Shown piece by piece: positions 24,162 to 33,349 of a stretch of DNA of 64,000 nucleotides. The DNA is from Methanomassiliicoccales archaeon (GTDB taxonomy: Archaea; Thermoplasmatota; Thermoplasmata; Methanomassiliicoccales; UBA472). Location of the stretch: the NCBI GenBank assembly GCA_036677555.1, contig JAVBWG010000008.1, positions 77,673 to 141,672 on the forward strand, given 5' to 3'. The notes under the pieces are model-generated. The model was not told where the DNA came from. It ran no database searches and was given only the letters and a program-made list of their open reading frames with translations. Both the position numbers and the translations under genes were made by a program. Within the stretch, counting starts at the first letter, position 1. Each line of letters starts with the position of its first letter.

Positions 24162-27100
24162 ATGGACAGTCCAAGTAATCTGCAAAGTAATAACAAGACT
24201 ATCAGTATGGCCAAGAGGGCGGCTTTATACATCGGTATATTGGCCTTCGCTCTCGTCCTGCTCCTCTTCTTGGGGTCTGGACAGGCCAGCGCTGAGGATG
24301 TCTCAGGCGACATCACGGATGATAATGCGGTCTGGGCATCTGACGGCGTGTATAATTTGACTGGAGATGTGTACATTTATGGAAACCTCACCATCGAGGA
24401 TAACGTGACCGTGGTGGCCCAAGGGTACTACTGGATTAACGTTATGGATGGGGGGTCGCTCACAGTCCTGGGTACCGAAGCCCTCGGTGTTACGTTCAAC
24501 AATGAATCGGGGGCATATTGGGGAGGTCTCGACTTCTCGGACGGATCATCCGGCTCTATCGAATACGCCTCAATCTACAATTCCTATTACGGTGCATACA
24601 TCGAAAATGTACCTGATCTGACTCTAAGCAACCTGGTGATAAATTACACCCAATACGGTCTCTATTACTACTTATCCGATCAGGGAACCCAATCCCTGGC
24701 ACTGACCAACACGACCATATTGAACATTGAGTATTATGCAGTCTATGCGCAATCTGTCTATGGCAACCTCACAATGGTCCTTTCCGGTCTGAACGTAACG
24801 AACAGCGGGCAGATAGTAGCGATCGCAGATGCTGGATGGGTCGATGTTCATATAACCGATTCAGTGTTCTACAATGTCAATAGCGTGCTGGATCTGGACG
24901 CTAATGTTGGTGCCACTTGCATCCAGATGACCGACGTTTCTGTTGAAAACGCCGGTATGGTCATCGATGCTGATAACTACAATGGTAGCATGGAGGTCTC
25001 CCTTTCCAACGTCTCGACACATTACGTAGAGGTGCTGGGGGAGCTGTCAACCCACGGGTACAACTACTCCGGGGAGCTCAGTGTCTCGATCGACCAGTGC
25101 TCATTCAACTACTCATGGGCCGGATTCATGATGGATGCTGACCTCGTCGGTAGCTTCACCATGACCGCGACGGTTGTCGAGAACATTGGTATGATCGTTG
25201 GATCCCTGAGCCCACCACCGGCAGTAATGGACCTTGAGATCTCACAGGGCGATGTCGACATTGTGTTCGAGGACTTGCAGTACGACTGGGTCTATGCGCC
25301 GATCGTGGTAAACGTCGGTAACGGCAGCTTGGACGTATCCATGGTCAACGTGCGAACCAACAACACTAATCAGGTGGCCTACTTCAGCGCCACTGATTAC
25401 ACGGGCAGCGGGAGGATCGACCTGGAGATACTGGGATGCGAGTTCCTCAACACCTTCGCCGGTATCTCTGCCGATGCTGATATCATAGGTTCCGTGACCA
25501 TCGAGGACACCACGGTTACATGGCCATCCATGGTTACCGGTGTATCACTCCCATTGGAATCTGGCATAGCCTTCCTGATCGTCGGTGAAACGTACACCAA
25601 CGACACCACTGTCGCCACCTTCGAGAACATGACCGTCGAAGGCTATGATATCGCCTTCGTGGTCGATGTCATGGGCAGCCTTGACGTCACTATGCTCAAC
25701 GTCGTGACCAACGACACCGAGCAGGTGGCCATCTTCTATGCCAACGGGTGGCAGGACCTCGGCGTGCTGAACCTGGTGGTAAGCGGATGTCAGTTCACCA
25801 ACACCACCGGCGGAGTCATGGCCGAGGGAGACCAGATCGGTGGCGCCAGCGTCACCGACACCCAGGTCAGCGGCTACCCGCTTCCGCCCGCACCCCCGAT
25901 ACAGCCTGGCCCGGTGGCATTCATGATAGTGGGCTTTGAGGCGAACGAAGGGGTCGTCGAGGTGACCTTCCAGGATATCGTCATCGAGAGCATGATCGCC
26001 GGCTTCGTGGTCGGGATACAGGGAAACCTCACCCTGACCTTGGACACGATCACCAGCAACTACACCCTCATCACAGGAATGTTCTACGCTGAGAACGAGG
26101 TGCAGAACGCGGTCATGAGCATCAACATGATTGATGTTGTGATCACCAACTCCTCGATGGGTCTGATGTTCGGGGCGGACATAATCGAGATCGATCCGCT
26201 CGCCTGGAACAACGTGTTCCAGTACATCGACGGACAGGCTTTGATGATGTCGGCCCACCTGGGTGACATAGTCATCAACATGGAGAACTTCATGATGGAG
26301 AACGGCGGCGGGATCAGCGTCTATGTTGACTTCGGCAATATCGAGGTCAATGTGATCGATTCCGTGCTGGGAGGCTCCGGAAGCGGCGCCCTCCTGGACC
26401 TGCAGGTCGGCTCCAACACCCTGGACAACGGGTTCATAACCCTGAACATACAGAACTCGACCTTCAAGGAGGCCGAGTTCGGTATAATGACAGTGTCCGA
26501 AGAGCTGAGCCCGATCGACATGGTTGGCAGCCAGTTCATCAACATCACCGCTGAGGCCATGAACTTCGACGTCAGGACCAACGATGTTCTGATCGACCTG
26601 ACCGAGGTCGTCATGTCCAACTGCGGCGCCGGCCTGGTGGTCTACGCCAACGACGGCGACCTGGTGCTGAACATAGTGGATTCGCAATTCGGGATCGCCC
26701 AGAACGAAGGCTACGGATACGGTGCCTGGCTGGAGGTTAACTCCGCCACCAACTCGTCCACGATGGACATACTGGTAAACAGCTCCGTGTTCGAGGGTGG
26801 ATACTATGGTATATATGCGATCACCCCGAACGGCGGTGACGTGCTCATCCAGAACTCCGAGTTCCTGGGTCAGTCCACCAGGTCCTTCACCTTCGATTCC
26901 CTGTTCGGGGATGTGAACATGAGCGTCCTGGACAGCGTGTTCGATGGAAGCACCGCGGAGGACTCTGTCACTCTGTACACCGTCGAGCAGACCGAATACG
27001 AGTTCCTGCTCTACGGGCGCACCGGGGCCTGGAACGCCACCTACGCCAGCAATGGCGGGGTGGATGTCGAGCTGCCCTTCGCCTTTGAGTACAACGGGGT

Positions 27101-30100
27101 TGAGTATACCGAGGTCACCTTCCATGAGGACGGTTACCTGAGGTTCGATTCCGGGAACAGGATCAGGCCGGTAGGGGATGTTGAGCTGGGTTATTCCGGC
27201 GACCACTTCTACGGCTACAAGGTGGCCGATGACCTGTCCTACGTGCTCTTCAACTGGTATGCTTACAACGCTGATACCGGTACCGGGGAGAGCAACTCCT
27301 TCCAGGTGATCCTGTACGCCAACGGCGAGATACGCTTCAACTATGCGTACATGGACAACTGGGGAGCATACAACAACTTCTGGGGCCTGCGCACCAGCGG
27401 CGGGTACGGGATCGATTACAACATGTACGATCTGATCGGCCAGAGCTCCTGGTACATGGACCTGACCAGCTGGGTGTTCACCCCGCACGATATGTCCGAA
27501 GGTTCGGCCATATCGGTGACGTCTGAGTTCGGCGATGTGAGCATGGTCGTGGACAACAGCGTCCTGACCAGCTACTTCGGCGGCGGCATAGCGGTCACCG
27601 CTTACGATGGCGACATGGACTTCGCGTTCACCGAGAACGATGTGAGCTACATGTACGCCCCAGACGTGGATGACGGGCCGATGTCCATCATAGATGTGCT
27701 CGACCGGTTCGGTGAGATGACCTACGTGATGGAGGGCAACTCCTTCTATCGCATATGGTCGGTGGCCTCATTCGCCGTTGTTCTATCCAGCGATGGAGGC
27801 GCGCACTCCTTCCTGGTGAACGACAACGTCTTCGACAAGGTCTACTATGGCGTGTACACCGCTGTGTACATTGAGAGCTATATTGGCGAGGGGGACAACA
27901 ACACCCTTGATGTGGTGGCCGACTTCACCGACAACACGATGACGGACGCCTTCGGTCTCGGGAACACTGTCTTCCTCTACGTCGATGAAGGCAACTGGAC
28001 CGTGTCTGTGGAGCAGACCTTCTCCAACAACGTAATGGAGCAGGAGCTGTACGAGGGAGCGTTCCCCGCCCAGAACTACTATGAGGACGACATGCCGGGC
28101 GCCATCGTCGCCGAGTTGGGCATCGTCAACTATGACTGGACGGTCGTGAACATCACCATCGAACACACGGTGGTCGTCACTGATAACGTGGTTGATGTCC
28201 CACTGGACGTCGATGGAGTATACATAAGGAACATGGCCCAGGTCATACAGGGTGACGTGGACAGCAAACTGGCCATCACTGTAACCGGCAACGAGATCAC
28301 CGTCATCGACACCGATGGCGTGGACATCGAGGCCGAGATGAATGTGGACATGGGTACGATCAACACCGATGCCAGCATGATCATCCAAAACAACCAGATA
28401 TTCGATGGATGGCTGGAGAGCACCGGTGTGGAGATCACCTACAACATATACGCCGGTGAATACTACGACATGTCTGGATTTGAGATGGCCACCGACCTGA
28501 CGGCCGTGCTGTACATTTCCGTGACCGGAAACCTGTTGGAAGGCCTCGATGAGGGCATCGACGTCTACGCAGAGTTCTGGCAGGACAACAGTGTGGGCAC
28601 CTGGAACGTGGACGCCACGGTGAACCTGGACAACAACCGGGTCCTCAACACCACTTACGCGGTGGACGCCTACCTGGGCGGAGGATCCTGGTTCGGTGAG
28701 AACTACTGGCCCTACTACGATGAGGTAGCCGTGGCCACCTTCAACATGGACTATCTGCTGACCGTCGATAACAACGTGATATACAGCATCGGCGGAGATG
28801 AGGACAGCATATACGACGCCATCATCTACGTCGACGTGGAGGCATGGGCCGAGGTCGACCCGAGCACCCACTTCACAGAGGCCTACGCCAACGTCAACGG
28901 AGCGGTCTCCGTAAGCAACAACCAGATCGTCCAGGAGAACGCTGACCTGGTCATGCTGTACCTGCTGAACTGGTACGCCGCAGAGAAGACCGGCGTGCTG
29001 GATCTGGTGATGGACATCGCGGTCGAGGACAACACGTACGAGATCCTCTACGCCGAGGACTATCCGTGGTGGTACTCCGACTACATGATGGTGCTGGAGG
29101 ACTATGCCGAACTATACGGTAACTTCGACATACCCACCGACGAACCGACCGTAACGGCGGACATCGTCTGGACCGTCACCGGCAACCAGATGGTCGGGCT
29201 CACTGACTTCGGTCTGCTCATGATACAGACCGTTGAGATCGATTCCCCCAGCTGTAACATCACCCAGGACCTCGCAGTGGAGATATCTGGAAACACCATT
29301 GACGGCGCCATCGAAGGCGGTCTCGGTTTCTCGATGAACTTCATGCCGGACAACTACGACGGGTATGTAGTACTGAACCTCGACCTGGCAATCGAGAACA
29401 ACATCATAACCATGGCCGTCGAGGACGAGTCTGGTCTGGGTGGAAGGCCGAGCTCCGGTATGGCAATCGGACCGGGGGAGAGTGATGATGGCATCGACAT
29501 TAACGCAAATGCGACCATCACCGTTCGCGCGTCCGTATCCGGCAACACCATAACCGGTGCTGCGATCGGAGCCTCCATCGGTGAGGGCTTCTACGTAGGG
29601 GAACTGAGCCTGCCGCCGATGTCTGAGCCGAAGTTCGACGTCGTGATGCTGGTGGAGAACAACTTCATCAGCGGTTCGATGACCGGCCTGATCGTCAACG
29701 GCGGCAACATCAGCATCGCCAACAACAATATCGAGGCTTCGAGCGTCGGTATTGAATGGAGCGATGCCAACGGTGATGTGACCGGCAACACGGTCTATGC
29801 CCCGATGGGCATCTCGCTGGAATACCCCAATGAGGTGTCCGTGGTGGGCAACACGGTGACCTTCATGTACGATGGTATATACGTCGCCGATGTCGGGTCC
29901 GGACATGACTGGACGTTCGATCCCGCCGTGCTGATATCCGGCAACGTCCTGACCTACGCGAACATGGCCGAACTGATGGGCGGCCTTAACTACGTGGGCG
30001 GTGGCGTGGTCCTGATGGGCGTCGGCAACATCGCTGTGATGGACAACACTGTGGAGAGCGGCAATTATGGCATATACGTCGATGGCGCGTACAACCTGAC

Positions 30101-31955
30101 CGTCAGCGGCAACGAGCTGCTGAACAGCTACAACACTGGCATCTACCTCAGGTATGTATACCTCGGCTGGACCGAGTCGAACGTCATAATGTATGCCGGT
30201 AACTTCGGACTGAATGTCTATGATGGCTGCTGGTACCTGACGATCGGCAACAACACCATCGCCGACAACGCCGGAACCGGTATCGAGGTCTCGGAAAGCA
30301 ACTCGAACACCGTGATGTACAACAACGAGGTCACCGGCAACGGCTGGGGCATTGATGTTGAGAGCACGATGTGGATAATCGACGCCGCGACCAAGGTGGC
30401 CCGCAACGGAGTATGGTTCGATGGCGACATCGAGATCAGGTCCGGAGGGTCGCTGATGGTGCAGGACGTGTCCACCTTCGATTACGACGGCGATGAGCTG
30501 CTGGTCATGGAGGGCGGTCTGCTCTCCGCGAGCAACAGCGCCTTCACCGGCGAGAGCAGGCTCCAGGTGTTCGGTACCCTGTGGGCCAACCTCTGCATGT
30601 TCGAGGGCTACGACATATACCTGGGTCCGACCTCCGAGGCTGAGATCAGGGGCGGTACGATAATGGAGTACGAATGGGCGGGTATCCACGTCGACGGCAG
30701 CGCGCCAGTCATCGCGGACAACCTGATATTCAGCTACGAGGCTCTGTACGGCATACTCGTCGAAGGCGAGAACGCCGCCCCAAGCATCGTGAGCAACATA
30801 ATCGCCCTGAACCAGTTCGGCATATACGCTCGCGGAACTGACATGGGAGGGGTCTATGACAACCTCATAGCCCTGAACTGGAACGCAGGCATACTGGCCG
30901 AGGACGCCACCGGCAGGATTCACGACAACATACTACTGGCGAACAAGGTCGAGATACTGCTCCGTAACAGCGACGTGAGCGTGGAGGACAACGAGATCGG
31001 CTACACCAACCTGTTCCAGGTTCTGGCCAACTACGCGCCTCTGCTCGGGCACTTCATGAGCACCGGGGATTCGGAGGAGGGAACCTCCCTATCGGAGGAC
31101 CCCGTCGCCGCACTCGAATCGGTGCTTGACGTGCCCGGACTGGGTTATGAGGACATACTGACCTGGATCAAGGCGCACAACGGTATCTGGGCCGAGGACT
31201 CCAAGGTGCAGACCAGCGGCAACGTGTATGGGCTGCTCAACTATGCTCTGTACGCCGTCCGCAGCGAAGTCCACTTCGAGGACGACATCCGGACCATAGT
31301 TCTGGAGATACCGCACGCCAACGACGGTGAGATCTATACCTACTCCCTGAACGTCTACATGCTCAACGGCATATACGCCAGCGGCTCACAGGTCTGGATC
31401 ACTGGATCCACCATTGAGGTGCTGGACGACGCCGTGGTGCTGGACGGTTCCGAGGCCTGGGTAGAAGGCGCCACTTTGATGGCCGGGGACTTCGACTACT
31501 TCCTGTTCGGTGGATCCGAGGCATACAACGTCGCCACCAACTACAGCAAGGCCAAGATCGAGGACTCCCACAGCCTGAACGAGGGCACCTGGCTTACTCT
31601 GACCTTCATGGACAAGGGCGAGGCGGCCGCGAACATCTCGGTGGTCATAAAGAACGCCAAGGGTGAGATAGTCTTCAACGGAACCACCGACGCCGATGGC
31701 AAGGTCAGGGTTCTGCTGGCGCAGTACTCCTACACCTCCGAGGGCAAGGACGACGGCTTCAACCCGTACACCATAATCGCTGACTTTGAGTCCGGTGAGA
31801 AGAGCACCGACGTGGTGCTCGACCAGTCCTATCAGGAACTCACCATCGAGGGCGAGGAGGAAAGCGACATGGGCGCCATTCTGGCGGTGGTCGGGGTACT
31901 GGTCATCATCCTGCTCATCGTGGCCGCGGTCGTGGTCATGAGGCGCCGGAAGTAA
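24162..31955 (+). CDS. Giant acidic surface protein/adhesin with right-handed parallel beta-helix repeats (about 2600 aa)
   Basis: Signal peptide (KRAALYIGILAFALVLLLFLG..ASA), many xxNxI/GIxxx beta-helix turns, numerous N-x-S/T sequons, terminal NGTTDADG domain, C-terminal TM plus RRRK. An SD-like AGGGGGA precedes ATG 24162. Confidence 0.85.
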   Translation: MDSPSNLQSNNKTISMAKRAALYIGILAFALVLLLFLGSGQASAEDVSGDITDDNAVWASDGVYNLTGDVYIYGNLTIEDNVTVVAQGYYWINVMDGGSLTVLGTEALGVTFNNESGAYWGGLDFSDGSSGSIEYASIYNSYYGAYIENVPDLTLSNLVINYTQYGLYYYLSDQGTQSLALTNTTILNIEYYAVYAQSVYGNLTMVLSGLNVTNSGQIVAIADAGWVDVHITDSVFYNVNSVLDLDANVGATCIQMTDVSVENAGMVIDADNYNGSMEVSLSNVSTHYVEVLGELSTHGYNYSGELSVSIDQCSFNYSWAGFMMDADLVGSFTMTATVVENIGMIVGSLSPPPAVMDLEISQGDVDIVFEDLQYDWVYAPIVVNVGNGSLDVSMVNVRTNNTNQVAYFSATDYTGSGRIDLEILGCEFLNTFAGISADADIIGSVTIEDTTVTWPSMVTGVSLPLESGIAFLIVGETYTNDTTVATFENMTVEGYDIAFVVDVMGSLDVTMLNVVTNDTEQVAIFYANGWQDLGVLNLVVSGCQFTNTTGGVMAEGDQIGGASVTDTQVSGYPLPPAPPIQPGPVAFMIVGFEANEGVVEVTFQDIVIESMIAGFVVGIQGNLTLTLDTITSNYTLITGMFYAENEVQNAVMSINMIDVVITNSSMGLMFGADIIEIDPLAWNNVFQYIDGQALMMSAHLGDIVINMENFMMENGGGISVYVDFGNIEVNVIDSVLGGSGSGALLDLQVGSNTLDNGFITLNIQNSTFKEAEFGIMTVSEELSPIDMVGSQFINITAEAMNFDVRTNDVLIDLTEVVMSNCGAGLVVYANDGDLVLNIVDSQFGIAQNEGYGYGAWLEVNSATNSSTMDILVNSSVFEGGYYGIYAITPNGGDVLIQNSEFLGQSTRSFTFDSLFGDVNMSVLDSVFDGSTAEDSVTLYTVEQTEYEFLLYGRTGAWNATYASNGGVDVELPFAFEYNGVEYTEVTFHEDGYLRFDSGNRIRPVGDVELGYSGDHFYGYKVADDLSYVLFNWYAYNADTGTGESNSFQVILYANGEIRFNYAYMDNWGAYNNFWGLRTSGGYGIDYNMYDLIGQSSWYMDLTSWVFTPHDMSEGSAISVTSEFGDVSMVVDNSVLTSYFGGGIAVTAYDGDMDFAFTENDVSYMYAPDVDDGPMSIIDVLDRFGEMTYVMEGNSFYRIWSVASFAVVLSSDGGAHSFLVNDNVFDKVYYGVYTAVYIESYIGEGDNNTLDVVADFTDNTMTDAFGLGNTVFLYVDEGNWTVSVEQTFSNNVMEQELYEGAFPAQNYYEDDMPGAIVAELGIVNYDWTVVNITIEHTVVVTDNVVDVPLDVDGVYIRNMAQVIQGDVDSKLAITVTGNEITVIDTDGVDIEAEMNVDMGTINTDASMIIQNNQIFDGWLESTGVEITYNIYAGEYYDMSGFEMATDLTAVLYISVTGNLLEGLDEGIDVYAEFWQDNSVGTWNVDATVNLDNNRVLNTTYAVDAYLGGGSWFGENYWPYYDEVAVATFNMDYLLTVDNNVIYSIGGDEDSIYDAIIYVDVEAWAEVDPSTHFTEAYANVNGAVSVSNNQIVQENADLVMLYLLNWYAAEKTGVLDLVMDIAVEDNTYEILYAEDYPWWYSDYMMVLEDYAELYGNFDIPTDEPTVTADIVWTVTGNQMVGLTDFGLLMIQTVEIDSPSCNITQDLAVEISGNTIDGAIEGGLGFSMNFMPDNYDGYVVLNLDLAIENNIITMAVEDESGLGGRPSSGMAIGPGESDDGIDINANATITVRASVSGNTITGAAIGASIGEGFYVGELSLPPMSEPKFDVVMLVENNFISGSMTGLIVNGGNISIANNNIEASSVGIEWSDANGDVTGNTVYAPMGISLEYPNEVSVVGNTVTFMYDGIYVADVGSGHDWTFDPAVLISGNVLTYANMAELMGGLNYVGGGVVLMGVGNIAVMDNTVESGNYGIYVDGAYNLTVSGNELLNSYNTGIYLRYVYLGWTESNVIMYAGNFGLNVYDGCWYLTIGNNTIADNAGTGIEVSESNSNTVMYNNEVTGNGWGIDVESTMWIIDAATKVARNGVWFDGDIEIRSGGSLMVQDVSTFDYDGDELLVMEGGLLSASNSAFTGESRLQVFGTLWANLCMFEGYDIYLGPTSEAEIRGGTIMEYEWAGIHVDGSAPVIADNLIFSYEALYGILVEGENAAPSIVSNIIALNQFGIYARGTDMGGVYDNLIALNWNAGILAEDATGRIHDNILLANKVEILLRNSDVSVEDNEIGYTNLFQVLANYAPLLGHFMSTGDSEEGTSLSEDPVAALESVLDVPGLGYEDILTWIKAHNGIWAEDSKVQTSGNVYGLLNYALYAVRSEVHFEDDIRTIVLEIPHANDGEIYTYSLNVYMLNGIYASGSQVWITGSTIEVLDDAVVLDGSEAWVEGATLMAGDFDYFLFGGSEAYNVATNYSKAKIEDSHSLNEGTWLTLTFMDKGEAAANISVVIKNAKGEIVFNGTTDADGKVRVLLAQYSYTSEGKDDGFNPYTIIADFESGEKSTDVVLDQSYQELTIEGEEESDMGAILAVVGVLVIILLIVAAVVVMRRRK

Positions 31956-32010
31956 CGGGACCCAAACCCCTTCCGTTCCAAACCTTTTACTCATTTCTCA
32001 TTTTTCCGTT
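31956..32010 (+). terminator. Pyrimidine/oligo-T tract after the giant surface protein gene
   Basis: AAACCCCTTCC..AAACCTTTTACTCATTTCTCATTTTT directly after the stop, typical of archaeal T-rich terminators. Confidence 0.5.
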
Positions 32011-32056
32011 CTAGGATACCTTGTTAAAGAGGGAGTTCCATTCCCGAGCGAGCGAA

Positions 32057-33349
32057 ATGACCTATTCCGAGAGGGTGAAAAAATTACTGGCCAGCGTCCA
32101 CGCCTCCGAGGGCGACACCGTTCGCCTGAAGGTGGAGGGCAGGGAACACGCCGGCATTCTCATGCCTCATCATGATTTCAGCCATCCCGATGTAGTCATA
32201 ATCAAGCTGAGCAGCGGCTACAACATCGGAGTGGCGATAGACGACACCTCAACGCTGATGGTGGAGGCCAAGGCGAACGAGCGCACTGCGAGGCACAGGC
32301 AAGTTGCCAGGGACAGCGGGCTTCCAGCCATATCGTTCCTGGGAACGGGGGGGACCATCGCCAGTTACGTGGACTATCGCACAGGGGCGGTGCATCCTGC
32401 CTTGAAGGCCGAGGAGCTGGTGGCCACCGTTCCCGAGCTCTCCGAGATATGCAGCATGCGCTCCAAGGTGGTCTTCTCGATCTTCAGCGAGAACATGGAT
32501 GTGTCGCACTGGCAGGAGCTGGCGACAGCAGTCGCTGAGGAACTGAACTCGGGGGTGGAAGGCGTGATAATCCCGCATGGCACGGACACATTGGGGTTCA
32601 CCTCCGCCGCACTGTCCTTCATGCTGGGCGATGTTCCGCGGCCAGTGGTACTGGTCGGGGCGCAGCGTTCATCGGACCGCCCCTCCTCAGATTCCTATGG
32701 CAATCTTCTCTCGGCAGCGAAATTCTGCGTGAACGCCGATGCGGCCGAGGTGTTCGTGCTGATGCACGGGGAGACTTCCGATTCATGCGCCCATGTGCAC
32801 CGCGGGACCAAGGTCCGGAAGATGCACGCCAGTCGCCGGGACGCCTTCCGCAGCATGAACTCCGGGCCGGTGGCGGTCCTGGACCTGAACGGGGGGCTGG
32901 AAATGATCTCCCACTGCCGGGCCAAGAGCGGCATCAAGGTCAAGGCGGACATCCGCATGGAACCGAACGTGGGGCTGTTGCACTTCTATCCCGGGCTAAC
33001 TCCCCAGTCCGTCGGCAGGTTCGCCGAAGGGCTTCGCGGTCTGGTCATCGCCGGCACCGGCCTGGGGCACGTGTCCAAGGACATGGTGAAGGTGCTCAAG
33101 GGGCTGACATCCAAGGGCCTTCCGATAGTGATGACCACCCAGTGCCTGGAGGGAAGGGTGAACCTCAATGTGTACGACACCGGCAGGGACCTCCTGGCGG
33201 CCGGGCTGGTCCCCGGCGAGGACATGCTGCCGGAGACCGCCCTTGTCAAATTGATGCACGTCCTGGGCCAGGCGGACGAGCCGGACAAGGTCCGGGAGCT
33301 AATGACCGCCAACCTCCGCGGAGAGATATCTGAAAGGAGGATGCTGTGA
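32057..33349 (+). CDS. gatD: Glu-tRNA(Gln) amidotransferase subunit D
   Basis: IKLSSGYNIG, GTGGTIASYVDYRTGAV, HGTDT, GAQRSSDRPSSD and GTGLGHV. Confidence 0.97.
   Translation: MTYSERVKKLLASVHASEGDTVRLKVEGREHAGILMPHHDFSHPDVVIIKLSSGYNIGVAIDDTSTLMVEAKANERTARHRQVARDSGLPAISFLGTGGTIASYVDYRTGAVHPALKAEELVATVPELSEICSMRSKVVFSIFSENMDVSHWQELATAVAEELNSGVEGVIIPHGTDTLGFTSAALSFMLGDVPRPVVLVGAQRSSDRPSSDSYGNLLSAAKFCVNADAAEVFVLMHGETSDSCAHVHRGTKVRKMHASRRDAFRSMNSGPVAVLDLNGGLEMISHCRAKSGIKVKADIRMEPNVGLLHFYPGLTPQSVGRFAEGLRGLVIAGTGLGHVSKDMVKVLKGLTSKGLPIVMTTQCLEGRVNLNVYDTGRDLLAAGLVPGEDMLPETALVKLMHVLGQADEPDKVRELMTANLRGEISERRML

Noticed and set aside
25545-30923. 647-, 362- and 603-aa antisense ORFs inside the giant surface-protein gene
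   Set aside because: His/Val/Asp-rich mirror translations of the sense codons, with no independent coding signal.
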